From Phoronis australis (Eukaryota > Animalia > Phoronida), in assembly GCA_002633005.1 (NCBI GenBank), contig NMRA01000510.1, forward strand, positions 174,595-238,594: 64,000 bases of DNA, in the 5' to 3' direction. The notes under the pieces were generated by a model, which saw nothing but the letters and a program-made list of their open reading frames with translations, ran no database searches and was not told where the DNA came from. Shown here in pieces: positions 1 to 14,300 of this stretch (the stretch's first letter is position 1; each line of letters starts with the position of its first letter). The position numbers and the translations under genes were made by a program.

Positions 1-356
1 GAATATTTCACCAGCTTAGCAATGTTTGATTTCGTAATAGCGATCTTGTTTCCATTGAAACCACGAAATGCGTGGGGTTTGATGTCCAGAGGTCTTTGCG
101 TACCGTCTATGAATATTTCTCGCAAGCTTGGGTAACTCGCAAATGCATTTGCTGGGATTGTATCCAGTTCATGACAGTTCTCCAGTAACAACTTAGTAGT
201 ATTTGACGATAGAACAGGCAGCGCATTTACGCCAACGCACTTTATTTCGTTGTTTTCACATCTACAACCAAATGGACAAGTTGACTGAACGGAAACAACA
301 ACAGCGCTCCAAACGAGCAACAACCACGTGAAACTTCCAGATCGTCGAGCCACCAT
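1..356 (-). CDS. N-terminal part of a secreted LRR receptor, glycoprotein hormone receptor (TSHR/FSHR/LHCGR/LGR)-like; runs off the left edge
   Basis: Manual translation from the ATG at 356: MVARRSGSFTWLLLVWSAVVVSVQSTCPFGCRCENNEIKCVGVNALPVLSSNTTKLLLENCHELDTIPANAFASYPSLREIFIDGTQRPLDIKPHAFRGFNGNKIAITKSNIAKLVKY, open to base 1. It has a signal peptide, an LRRNT cap (CPxxCxC...C) and LxxIPxxAF-type LRRs. AAAATGG start context; a pyrimidine-rich acceptor (cttttgtctcttccag) lies just upstream of the ATG, so exon start is 362. Confidence 0.8.
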   Translation of the reverse strand, partial: MVARRSGSFTWLLLVWSAVVVSVQSTCPFGCRCENNEIKCVGVNALPVLSSNTTKLLLENCHELDTIPANAFASYPSLREIFIDGTQRPLDIKPHAFRGFNGNKIAITKSNIAKLVKY

Positions 357-3300
357 TTTTATCTGGAAGAGACAAAAGGCTTCGCATTAAACAAGGATTG
401 GGGAAAGCACACAACAAAACCTAGCAAGTACAGTGAAGAAAAACAGTCTATAATAACCTTAGTGGTGGAAAAGCTGCAGTGAGTTACTTCAGTTACAGTT
501 GAGTGTAGTCTACCAAATTCCGGTCATATTGGCAAATTGTGCGTCATCGAAACTTGTCACTGATAGCCATTTGAAAATGAAATGAAGGTTGAGAAATTAT
601 AGATAAAATCCCCAGGCAAGACTTTTCATTTAATTTCGAGAGCATAGACATCAAACGATATTCACTTCAAGCTCTTATAAAATTTCACAGACAACTTGAA
701 TAGGCATTCTGTACAGGCCAATGAGCTTCTAGACCTCACGTTGACAACGTAAAAATCATCAATAGTTACGTATTCCTTCCGCTAGAATTTATTCCCCAAA
801 TGCATGTATATCGACAGGGGATATCCGAGAGAGAACCCGCCACGGATCTGCACGTTTGGTATTGTACAAGTCGGAAAGATGTCACTATTTTCCCAATTTT
901 TGTTCTTTAAAAGGAACGTCAAAATATTTCAAGGTTGATCACTGCCCAGACATAATGTTTTAACATTAAAATTCGCTTTCTGAACGGTTTTGTTACATTT
1001 TGTATCGATCAGCACTCATGAAACAAAATATAAAACAGGTTTTGCCAACAGAATCGTAGTTAGAGTTCTCTCATAGTACACAAAGGGAAACCTTCAGCTT
1101 CAACAGCCACAGCTAAATGAAGGTGGCGACAATATAAATTTCTGTAAGAATCCCACCACTTTTCCCGAAAACTCAAGAGCTCTTTTGTGGCACAAACCCA
1201 CATCGGTAATGGGGTTTCTGAAAGACTCCTCAGGGGACTCGTTCAGAAATCTCCGATACTGGTGGAAGTTAGCGAGTTCCTTTCCGATTTTTCGGTAACT
1301 ATTTTCCACGGCGGCGACTTGCGCCTGCGCAACAACAAACTGAAACCTTCTCTCACGATTACTCAGGATAACAAGGCGTACAGAAAAACAACGGAGTTTG
1401 CACTAAAAAGAACAATTTCGCAACTCATTCCCTCCAAACCAAACTATTGGCCCCCAAACAGTTTCGCCTCTCAACCACCACTATCATGTTAGATGGGAAT
1501 AATTGCACCCGAGGGGATTGGGGGATGGCGACAGAGGCAACTGAAATCACGAGGGCCTTAAGATTTCTCGTAATCTAAGGCCCCGAGAAAACTAGTCATA
1601 GAAAAGGCCGGCACTGAACCAAGGTATGCACACAAGCCCTGGTAAAAGGTTGCACGTACATTGCGTAACGCTACGCAATAACTATACATGTACCGCCAGG
1701 AAGTCCGGCTTACTTCCTAACTCCACACTAGCGTGTAATCTTCGCAAAAAGATGATTTTTGAGCTGACTCACGAATGGGCGATTTCCAAGACATGTCAGA
1801 CAAGCCAGTCTTGTTGCCTGATGACGGTACCAGAGAGACATTACCAATGGCAATATCCTCCTGAAGCCAAGTGTGTTTGGGGCCACCTTGAACGTCCCAC
1901 ATGATTACGGATTTGAATTATCGGGAAAGTCAAATCGTTAACCAGCCTGGATGTGTACCGCCGTCTCCAACCGATCAGCTCTTGCCAATTGGAATTACTT
2001 TCTCCAAGATTGGAACACCACCACCAAAAACTAAACAAGACGTAACACGTTCAGTGAAAAGGTCATGACAAAGTTAATTATTTTGGGCGCACCCACTTCT
2101 CCCGCTCTAAGATTTTAGTACATATCTTGTCAGGCGTGCCGATTTCACCAGATGCTGACAGCGTTCGGTGACGTAATCTTCATTTTCTAAGAGTCTGTTA
2201 GAGATTCGTAAATTACAAAAACTAAGCAGTTGTTGTGTATAAATTATGTAGGTTGACCTTCGCAGGGCTGCTTCTTCACGTGTCCCGGTCAGATTACTTC
2301 TGATGTCGAGTCCTAACTCTCAAGAGTTACGAGTCAAAAGTTGACGTCGTGACACCCAAAGGCGCGCCCGAATTCGTCGTACGCGATTACTACATTCACA
2401 CGCGGTCAAGGAAATTACGACAGAAAACAAAGCCGAAGAGACAATTAGTGAACGCATGGGCTGCACTTCGCCAGCAGTTTGTGATTGTAAGAAGGTAGAA
2501 ACCACGGTGACCCCTTTCAACAAAAAATCTGTCACCGGAGGCATACAGAAAACGAAAACATGAATGAAGCTCTGAGAATGAAGTGATACCGTGCACAACA
2601 CGTGAGTATCAAGCACCGCTGTTGACACGACCTCTCATTTCAACAAGCTCCCGTTACTGCGGTTGAACTTTCCATCTCTATAACAAACAACAACAGTCTT
2701 CCTAATCACATCATTCACATGGACAATGTCCGCTGTCAAACGAACCAACGAGTCTATCACTCAGAGACGGAGATATTCCGATGAGCTCACAGTTGTTAAA
2801 AGGTTATCGCTGAAGAAAGTTTCCAAGTCATTCAACGGGAGTACGTCATTACAACAGATTCAATTGGTTGAATTTGCACTGCACATCAAGAGCACTTTGT
2901 AAGCATTTGCAATCTTCAATTCCCGTCTAAACTATAGTATTTATCCAATTCACTACTTGTGCACTTTGGTGGCGCTGCAAAAACGATAGTTGTGTACAAT
3001 GCCTCGTTTTATCATCAGATTTAACAATGCAAACGTGAAAGCGCGCGTGCAGAACCGTTTATAATTTGGACACAACACATCGTTTTCAAGCACAACGGCG
3101 AATTCGTGCAAGTAGTTAACACCACATCAAACATGCTTTCCGTCGTTTTGACCAATGAATAAAGCAAAAGTTTCATCGATGGAAAGATGTCAGTAAAGTA
3201 CGCACACTTCGTAATTACACCCGCTGTTCGTTTGATGCTATCCGTTTATTGAGATCCATTACCAGAAATTAACAAAATCAAACTTAAAAATACGTATAAA

Positions 3301-4671
3301 CTGCGTTTATTTGAAAAGATCTGACGTCACACTGAAAGAAAATCCTTTGGAAACAAATGCTTTAAAAATTATATCAAAATTGAAGTAAAAAGACACGTCT
3401 TTACTAACAAAAACAGCGACCACATGAAATTACATTAACATTTACACGGATGTCGCAGCAAACAAGTCTCTGACGTCATAAGTAAGGTTTAGGAATTCTA
3501 CGGACATTGAACCCCTTACCGCTCAAATGTTCCCGGAACCATGTGCTGAGTGACGAATTCCGAATTGTTGCTCTGACGACATGCCGATAAGGCAGAAGAC
3601 GTCGGGAAAATAGGGTACCACTATAACCCTGTCGCTGTCATCGCGGAATTTTCCAGCTAATAGTGTTATCTTTAAAATTGTTTTCCATTGCGTGTCACAA
3701 AAAGGTTACATCTCATTGTGGTTTCTTGAAAAACCGAGAAAATACCACAGCTTAACAAAACGAAGCTTTATAGCTACATAAGGTAATATGAAAATTCATA
3801 AAAGATTGCAGAAAATTCCGCAAAAATTAACGTCTGGTAACCTTTTCAACAAACAGATGTTACCTAGACAACCTTACAAAACTCAAGAGACATTATGAAC
3901 TGCCAATCATTGACCAAAACCTGCTAATGTTAAAGGGAATTTGAGCACACAAGTCAAAGAAGTCACGAATTTACCTAGCAAATTCCAAGCAAGCTGTCCG
4001 ACACCGATATCTGTAGTTAAACAATAACTGACCACACCAGTACAATAGACACAGAAAACTGACTGTAATGGCTGTTTTATGGTAAATTACGTACCAGACT
4101 CCAGAACGGTTACGTCATCAGCTTCCGTGCATTTAAGGTGCTTATTTGTTACGTAATGCAATCACAGGCATAGTTGTTCTCAATCAAATGACCCAGTACA
4201 AATATTATTGCTGCGTTCCTTTTGGAGAACAGGTTATTCTACGTCAAATTTGGAAACTTGAATATTATTCGCGTTGGCTTTCACGTGCAATTCACAATAG
4301 GACTTTTGTGAGGATTCATTACCTGAATTCAGGGCAGTATTCACGGTTCCGTGCAGCTGTTATGAAAAACAAACACAGTTAATATCCATAAATAATCATT
4401 TAGAGTCTATAAATGTTGCTGACATGCACCAAAGAGTTCGCGGTCTATAAGACTATTCACTATTCCACCAGGCTGTCAGTGGCCATACGTTCTGACATTG
4501 TTCCTACCAAAATACGAACTTGGTGTATGACAACAACCACGGAACTTTTAGCACTTTCAAGCAGGCGAAAGCAATAACGAAGATATTACAACGAACGTTT
4601 CTCACGGGATCATGGCCGGATTAGAAAGAGACGTTTCCTGTTGTTAAGCTATACAAACCTTTCCTCCACCC

Positions 4672-4805
4672 ACAGGCGGATCTAGGATGTCCTAACAGGC
4701 GGGAGCACCTACAAATTTCGAAGGAAAATAACGATGTACGCCCCAAAAATATCATGCTGACGCATTTTTGGCCTTGTCTACAGGAGGCGCCCCCTGCATC
4801 CCTCC
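4672..4805 (+). mobile_element. Partial MITE of the CA(G)TGGCGGATCTAGG-terminus family
   Basis: caggcggatctaggat matches the termini at 41552, 48971 and (reverse complement) 28412 and 62699. The right end is decayed. Confidence 0.45.
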
Positions 4806-7800
4806 AAACTCACATGTGCTATCATATTGACAGCACACACTTCATCATTGCTTTTTGCTGCAAATTTGCACTAGAAATATACGGGTGAGAAACAACATGA
4901 CCGCCGAACCCAAAGCATAACCACTATTAAATAGCCAAGTACTAAAACTCAGCAATGAAAACGGGTGTTAGCCGCCAGTTACTTGATGAAAGGACCTAAT
5001 TCAACAACGAAGACGGGTTTAACATTTTATACCTATTAGCAGTGCTATGCGGTCATCGTGCCCGTGTCGTACTTCAATAAGAAATATTAAATATATTTAA
5101 AATAGATCATCTCATCAGTGTTGATTAAAGGATAACCGAACGAGGAAAATAATAGATTCTTTTAGTCGAGTTCAGTGATCGCAGGCCAACATTTTAGAAT
5201 TGCAACAATAAAATACAAACTGAAATTCTATCATAAACGGATAATTATTTATTAACCAAAGTTCATCACCTGTCTCCAGGCGTATCATGACTGCAACGTA
5301 ATACGACAAGCATCACACTACCATAGACTATACTATCTATGATAACTACCAGATGGCTTAGCATCGACTCGCTAACTCCCCAAACAAAACATGTTACAAT
5401 CAGCACGGCAGTAACACAAACATGTCAGAGTAGTTTACCAGTTTTATACCTGGGGTTTCCTATTGATCGCCATCGCTTTACCTCCACCAGTCAATAGTCG
5501 CGACACGCTTTTGGTTTGCTGAATACTTTTTTAACTGCTCGATCATTGCTTCGATTCAAAGCAACTGAATTCGGTAATTCAGTCGTCTAAATTATCCCTT
5601 GAACCAGTAACAACCAATGAATTAACGTACATGTAGGGCCGACCTTGAGGGCGGCCAGCCTTATTAAAAATGCATAGCAATTAATAAGCAGTCTGCAATA
5701 GATTTGTTTGAAAATTGATATGAACAACACAGAGCAAAACGTTTGATTCTGGAATGTGAATTGTGTAGCACGAAAACGTTACGTTCGAGAAGCTCACCGT
5801 ACGACTACTGCTATTTTTGTCAAGTGAACCAGAAAACGTAATGACATGTGGTCTAACTGAACGCACGCGTACACTAAGTTTCACGAGTGCAACAAAAGTA
5901 CGACAGAAAGCAGAGTTTTCAACCAGTCCAAACAGCGCGAACCATCTGCGCAGGACAGAAATCTGAGCGCCGCCGATGACATGTAGTGGCGTGTCAATAA
6001 TTAAGTATTATTTGCATAAGATATTAATTTCAGCTGATGTGCCTCTAACAAAAGGAGGCGAAAAACGAGATAGTACGTCTGCACCTCACGGCATTGTTTA
6101 GAAGGGTTAAAAATCGATACAGTTAGCGCCAGCCGAAGCGGACAAAGAATTAATGTGGTTAGGTTCACCTCAGTGCAAACAATTGAGAATTACAGTAAAC
6201 AATCAAGAAGTCATTGAACTTCGAGTCAAACCGAAATGATATATGGCATTCTTTCACAATTTATGTTTCACAGAAACACATATTCTTCGTAAAGTTCGCT
6301 CCAAAATAAAAGAAATCGCACACGAAGAAAATCGAAATATATGTTCGCGCCTAAATGCCCGTAATTTATGAAGCGCCAAAGGGTTCTAAAACAAGAACCT
6401 TTCTGCGCATAGAAATGTGTTAGTACACGCGTACTTTAGACAAGATTCTGTTTCCGTTACCAACAAAAACATCGAAACCATTAGCGACTTGAGAGAACGC
6501 ATTTAAGAATTTGCGGATATGCCGCTGTACGCATTGCCAAGAATTTGAGTTACCGGCTCATGGCAACAATTCGATATGGGATGAGCGGTAGTCAGGATTT
6601 TAAAACCCAAAGCGCTTCGACTAAGAATTCAACATTGACAGCCAAACAGTGGCGAAACGTCCCTTAACAACAGGAATAGGCACAAAGATTTCACAAAAGG
6701 AATCAGGCACTCGTCAGCAATTTCCCTCCAGAATAGAGCAAGTCAGAACATGTTGCACATCAGAATCAGGAAGACATGTACTTACAGACGGCATCACTCA
6801 AATTTCCACGCAGCTAGTGAACAATTAGAAGCTAAACGTGTTCAAAGCAGGACGACTGACGCTTTGCCAAACAGTCTACCCGCTTTTAATTTCACGCCGT
6901 GCGATTCAGTACACAAACTATTTATCTAATATTAGCAAGAGCAAGCATCCAACAGTCGCGGTATCATTTCACGCCATTCTCCCAAGGAAGAGGCATACAA
7001 AGCAAAAGGACGACAGTTTTAACACTAGCGGTATCAGAGGGTTATCACAACACCTTGTTATTTTTGAAAGTAATAACCATTTTGTCAAGTGCCAATCATC
7101 AATACTGGTGTATATAGATAGTAGACGCCGGGGTGGTCATTACTGAATTAGTACACATGTCTCAGGAAAATATGACACTAGTGTTCTCGTCAACTGAGAT
7201 TATGCCATAAAAATTTTAGATCCAACCGGGGCTGTCACGATCTGTGTGTCACGGCCATACGGCCAAAGGCATATTTTGTAACTACACTAATTTTAGGATC
7301 AGCTGCTGTCAGTCAATGAAGGAACAGATTATAGTGTTCAACACCCAGAACATGACAAAAGGCAAATAGTTTGGTTAATAGTATGTCGAGAGGTCATGTC
7401 TTGCCAGAACGGGATGTCAGTGCTTCACACCAATAAATTAACGTCTACTCAAACGCAAAGAAGGAAGAACACACAGGAATCCGAATCAGGCTAAAACACT
7501 TGAAAACTTTTTTCACATTAACTTGAAGTGGGCAATCTTCATAGCTACGTGCGCTACATTGGAAACAACCCTCTCGTGTCACTGGTTGACGCATGAACTG
7601 AGTAACGGAAATATGACTTCGTTTTCGATTGGTGCCTACAATTTAATTAAGCGAATGCACTGAGTGCAGGCACTGGGTAATTATGTTACATAATGGGATC
7701 ATTAGACTTGACGCACACGAGTCTTATCGCAAGAACTACTGAACAGATGGTCCACATGAGGGTAGTATTTCAACTGAAGTCCAGGAACAGTCAGCCACTG

Positions 7801-8275
7801 AGGAAACCCATAACCCCAGGTCATAAGAACCCGTCTCATACATTTAGGATGTGTCCACGATAACTTCCCTCTTCAAGCGTCTGATAAATATAGTGCTATG
7901 AATCACCTGCGTTTGTCGATACCTTCAACTGGTTTTTAATAATGTAAGTATGAGGCCTCATACACGCGGAATGTAAATTTACATTCTCCTTCCTCGAGTC
8001 TATGGTGGACATCAGATGACAAGTTAACATATAAGTCTTCTTCTGCTGTGCGAGTCCTGGGGAGTAGTCATCTGTTTTAGGGAAGGGTGTGAGGCTGTGC
8101 TTCCAAACCTGGGGCAATACTATTCCAAGTACTAGAGTTGTGCCCCATGTCATACCTATTGGATAAGGCTCACAAATGACCCAACTAAAACCTCGTGGAC
8201 GATAAGTTTGAGTATTGGTTGTAAAGTGACGTCGCAGGAATTGCCAAACTTAAATTCACGTCAGTACTAATACCC

Positions 8276-8345
8276 AGCAGGCGGGGCAGCACTGAAAAAT
8301 GTGGGAGGCTAAAGCCCCCAGTCCCCCTATGGTGCGCCGCCCATG
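8276..8345. mobile_element. Tiny (~65 bp) MITE ending TGCGCCGCCCATG
   Basis: Shares gcagcactgaaaaa...ggctaaagcccc...tgcgccgcccatg with copies at ~23684-23746 and ~31051-31119. Confidence 0.55.
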
Positions 8346-11300
8346 AACAAAATTTATAGCAAATAAAAATAGAAATCCCCATTCCATTTTTATACATAGT
8401 TAATCTGAACTCATACTCCTAGTTTAGATCTGAATGGTGAAAAACCAACTTACCATGTATACGAGAAAATTTAAAAACAGCTACACATCTAGGCTGTGAC
8501 ACCTCCTTTCTATATGGCCATTAAATTGACGCTTCCATTCCCGGTTGTGAGTTTTAACTTCTCCTCAATCAACTCGCTAAATACCTTCAACAGCCATGTC
8601 CAATAATGGGTTTAATGTTTGTACAGTCTTTTAATTGTTGACATTTCAATAAACTACCAGCAACTCTAGGCACAGACTTATCTGTGGACGGGTGGAGGCG
8701 TTAACATAAACAAATCCCCGATAAGCTTGAGTGGCGAAAGTCCATAAACTTGCAGCCAAATAAACGATGATGAGTATATTTTTACAAGCTTGTAGAAATG
8801 TAAGGACATTACAAACTCTGGCAAAGCCAATCACCAATACTCGAGGTATAACCATGACGAAGCGAAAGACGATCAAGAAAGCGAGGGTAGGCTAACTCCT
8901 GAAATCGCATTTCACCAATGAAGACACCGAGTCATTGAAACTGTTGTTGGGGGAACCAAAACGAATGTTGTGAGTTTCACTCATCATGAAACAAATTGAT
9001 AACTTACCATTCCATAGTGTTTTAATTTACTTCTTCGAGATGTCAAATATAAAACTCAAGTCCCGGCAAACCAAGCCCAATGTTATTGCCTTCACTCAGG
9101 GCAGACTCGGAGTTCAGTTCACGTCTCGACTATGGCCAAACAAAACCGACAACTGTTTTTGAATGAAAAATGAAGAATTGTTACCGAGACACACCAGCCT
9201 ACGTTTCGACGCTAGCATGACTCAATATTTCCAGCCAACAGGGGTTAAATACAAGTTATCCGGTTATCACACAATATCGACAATCGTGACTAACCGCCGG
9301 CGCACTAAAAAGTCGTTCAAGCAAGAGCACAGGTGATTCCGGTTTGTTGATCTCTAGCAATTTGTCTCATGCGAATAACTTTGAGACGTTTTTTTATCTA
9401 AGTTTTGAATACTAATACAACAACTTACATAAATTAGTTGCCTTGTGTTGTGATTTGCGATTAATGAACACCTAGCATAGCGATTTCAAGGTTTTTCTTC
9501 TGAAAAAATGCGCACCGCCTGACCGCGCTCTAATGTTATTGAATTGTCTGCTGTCAACTTGTCGAGTGCGGGGGTTAACCTCCGCTAGAGTAAACATAAT
9601 AAGGTATTTATGAATACTGTGCCGCAGTAGCGGCATACCCACCTAACAATATATTCTAAAGGCAGGTTTATTAACTTAACAATAGAGACAGGCGGTGAGC
9701 TGATTTATAAGTCATCGCCTTCGGATTTTACTGCCTTTGTTGATGGAACAACACATCGATGGAGGGTTACCTCCGACACAGATACATGTATTATCAACTC
9801 GGGTTGACCTACACTTAGTGATTTAAAACGAATCGCATAAAACATTTACGAATCCTGGAATGTGTGTACATCTTTCATTCCTGAAAAGTTGGCCAGCCAA
9901 AAAGATATCAAGGGCATTTAAAGTGACATAAACGGCGGACAATGAGGAAGCATGAATGAAATACTCAAAAGTAGAATAGCCTTTACACGAATTTATCTCA
10001 GACGGCCTTCACAAAGCCTGTCCTTTGAAAATACTTGTTTCCTTACGTGAATATACTTGCTTTGCTTTTCCAGTGTTTTCGCAAAAATCTGCGAGGTCAA
10101 CTTGACCCTCGACTGTCGCAAACTCACAAAATTTCAACGTTCAAGCATTATTTCCACATTGGTCTGGTAATAGTTACCCCCAAAATTCCTTTGTTTAGCA
10201 GTTATGATTTTCAGCTAATCGGGGTTTCAAAGCGAGTTGAACACATGATTTAGGAAAGCAAGTTTTGTTTAGAGGACTAGTTATGTCGCCGACTGGTCGA
10301 GATCATTCGTTTATTAAAGAATTGAAATGTTAGTCACAGACTAAAAACATCAGAAGCTTTTTAAAAACAATTTTAGATTTACCAATCAACCAAAAGTAAG
10401 CACGAATGTTGAGATATTTATGGGAGATTAATCTTTCGGCCTCGGCAGGAAGGACTTCGATCAAAATACTAACTGCGTTATATAGCCTCTATTTAAGCAT
10501 AGTAAGCCTAACCTAAGAACGTGACAGTAAATGTAAATAATAAAGTTTGATAATAAACTGTAATGAAACTATTTCACCAAGGTGGAATGTCAGTCCAAGT
10601 GTCGGTGAAAAGACAAGACCTTGAGTGTTTGACACAAACTAACCCTACCGCAGGGCGGTTTTTGTCCGGGGCACTCCATCCTCGTCTAGCATTAAGTATA
10701 TCTACTTCCTGTTAAATTCGAGTAAAAAATATCGGATACTAACCCGACATTTACTCCAACTGCGTTAAAAACAAGTGACTGTTGATGACAGACAAGATAA
10801 ACACATTCAACCAAAGAAAAAGTTTAATATGACGCACAATTACGCCTCGTCAACGGAATAAGGTTACCCTGATCCCACTCAGTCAGTTTTGCATGACGCA
10901 TTCACAATAAAGATATTGCCTCGGTCGAACTACAAATCTCCAGTTTCCCCATAAACTAAAGAAGTACACCGTGACAATATCTGACCTGGATTGCATAAAA
11001 CTTCAAAACTTATCCGCTGGACCAAGTTCGATTGTTGCGTAACGTTAACTGTATTGTTCGAAAATAGCAACCTAACGCGTGGAAATGCGACTTCATTTTT
11101 GCTATCGATCATACAAGTTTTAAACAACCGGCTTCTGACGTTTTAAATACATAGAATTTGGAGAACGCTTTCTTCGATGTTGACCGTTTGTTAACGGGAA
11201 AATAACTTGCAATACCAATTTAGGTGTTTCATCTAGTGCTTAAACCTATTGACTGGGCAATAGAAAAATGCAAAGTAAATTTCTATTATGATTGTCACCT

Positions 11301-14300
11301 TAGGTTTAGAAACAATAAAACTTCTATATTTGTGACTGCAAAATGACTACAGACCGTCAGACATAAGTCAAAATTTAGGAAACTTCTTTGCACAGGCAGT
11401 CCAGCTCTCGATGCAGCCATCGGCAGAGTGGATCATTTTGCATGAGCTTTTCAGACTACAGAACCCTCCACAATTGCTCCTAATTTCAACATAATCCTTT
11501 TGGGTATCAAATGTATATGAACATACGTGTACATTCATCAGCAGGCTATAACGGTATGGAGTGAATGCTCGAATGGCAAATAAAAAATGAGACGCATTCT
11601 TCACTATAATATCCACTGAAGGGGAGTTAGTGTAGATTTCATCAACGATAAATTCTAAAGACATGTAGGAGGTCAAGCAACTTTGACTATAGAAATAAGG
11701 ACTAGTTTCACTGTAACTCGATGAACAACATTCCACAGACAAACGTCATCATTACCTACTGAGTGAAAAAGAAAACGCTGCCACCAGCCTAGTCTGAACT
11801 ACTCAATTCGTTTTACACCAGGCCACTAAAGTCTATTATATTTTTATTTGCGATGTATGCAAACGAAACAATACAAAGACCACACGCCGAATTAACTCTG
11901 AAGTCATTGGGCATCGATTACCGTTATTCAAATTTTACGATTTACAATTTTCAGAAAAAAATATTTTGTAATAATAAAAATCTAGTTCTAGCCAAAGTAT
12001 CGAAGTTCGAAAACATAGTAAATTTTTATCCTAAAGACTGGCCAAAGAGAACAAAACTTACTGAGAGCAATATCATAAGAGTATTCCAATTCCCTGTCGC
12101 ACGTCGAATGTCAAAAATTCAAGAACAACTTAATTTAATAACCCTTAGTGTCGTTTGTCCTTCCGCCTCGATATGACTCATTGTCGCGTGTAACGTCAAT
12201 TCGTATAAAACACTAGGGTTCACATTGTAGCCACATTCTTTTGATACGCAATGAAAGTATGTTTTGTTTGTTGAAGGAAATTACTTCTTCATATTTAAAA
12301 TTAAATTTTCATCTTTGGTGGTATCCAAAAATGAGTCACAAAGTTGCTGGGGACATATAAAATTAGACATATGAAGCCAGGACTGGTGTTAAAACCAGAA
12401 TAATTATATCCTATTCATTTTAAGATCAAACAATTTTGGTATGCTTAATTAAAACCACAATCAAAAAAGCGGCTGGGCCTCAAAATATAATGAATAGTTT
12501 TTGTTTGACATGAAACGTGAGATAAACTGTGGCAGATGAATTGGGCAACTTTATGGCTTCTGAAGGTGAACGGAAACTGTAATTAAGAAATTACAGTCAA
12601 ATTAACATAAGTTTCAATTTTCTCACAACTGATTTCTACACCACGTCGATGGTACTGAAGTGTGCTCACCTAGCCGTCACGGTGACGAGCACACGTACAT
12701 GTTGTAGCAACAGTTCTGCCCGCAGTGTGCGATTGCCAACAAGGTTTTGTTGCTGCAATTCATGCACCAGTGAGCCCTTGGATATAATTCCGTAGTCGAC
12801 AGAAGGTGTATTAAGGACGTGAGGCTCAGGTATGTGATATACAAGGTCAGAGTTCCTACGAAGAGGGCCTATTCCGATTTAATGCTCTTCGGAATCAAAA
12901 TTCAATAAATAGCCTGTTAGTTGTATTAAAAATCAACACAAAATGATTATGTTGTAGGAAAGAAAACGTTCAACGACAGAGAGTCTGTTTACATTGTTGA
13001 CACTCTACACAGGGTCACTTCATTTTTAGTATTCCTCGCTTGACGTATGGACATTTTTTTCGTGATGAAAGGGTGGTTATCCTGATACTTTCCAACAGCA
13101 CAACCCTATCAAAATACGTATTACAGTCAATACCAACGGCACTACGACGCGTGTTAACTGTGGGACGCAGTGTAGTGCGACGCAAGTCGCTTAAGAAAAT
13201 CGGAAGTGTTTCTAGTAGACACGGCCAGTCACATTTACTTTGGTAACTGTCACCCATTTTGATTATGAATTTTGTCACCATTTTTTATCAGGGACGACAT
13301 CTGTCGTGCTGACATAGTATTACATAAAAACGTCAAAAAGTAAGCAGGCGTCAGCCAGCACCACAATGAGATTCCCGGTGGACATATTCTTTTGTGTTGT
13401 TGGTGACGACAACGGTTTAATATGGTCTTAATAGAATGCATGCTCACATTACAAAAATCTCAAGAGTTCTTAATTTGTAAATATGACAATTTTGTGGCCT
13501 GTTTAGTTCAAGTGCACGTGTGTGAGGTCTTGAAATTGCGGTTATGTGACCCTAGAAAAAAGTCTAAATTTGGTTGACTTCAGAACATCATCTGTCGGAG
13601 ATTACTTTTCAGATTCAAACGAAACGTTCAGACATCGTATTTTAGGCATTCTCCAAAATGTGCTTAGTCGTTTTTAAATGTTCCGCATTGACATAAAGGG
13701 CAGTAAAAATGATTTTTACCATTTTTATGAAAAAGTCAAAAGTTACATCAAACGAAAAGGAAAGGATTTAAATAAACTGTAATAGGGTTTTTGAAATCAA
13801 ATGTTATCTTTAGCATTTACACCAAAGGAAATTTGGGTCATGTTTTAATACTTTTATCTTGCTACATTTATCGTTGTTGAAAATTTGAATTAAAAAGACA
13901 TGGCCAAACAAATCTGTTAAAATTCTGCAGATTTTGTACTTTCAACGCCATCTTGCTAAGTTCTATAGTTTTGTAACTAAATGGCTGAATGCACAAACTT
14001 GACGATATGTTCCCTCATAAACTTACGCTTCGTCATTGTAACGAAAACGAAATGGACTCGAAATTCTCAAATTACGTTTGTCTAACTAGTATATCCAAAT
14101 CAAAATTGAGCCGTATTTGAAACTCTGTCTCATGAAAACATCCGAGTCATCTGTTGCCACCCGAGAAGTGAATGCAATTTGACATGTCAAATATAAGGTC
14201 AAAATCTTAAAAACGAAATGTTATTTAAGACAAATTACGACGAGAATTAGCGAAGTTCTGTACGTGAGAGCTTCCAGTCGCGATGAATCGTTAAGGATAT

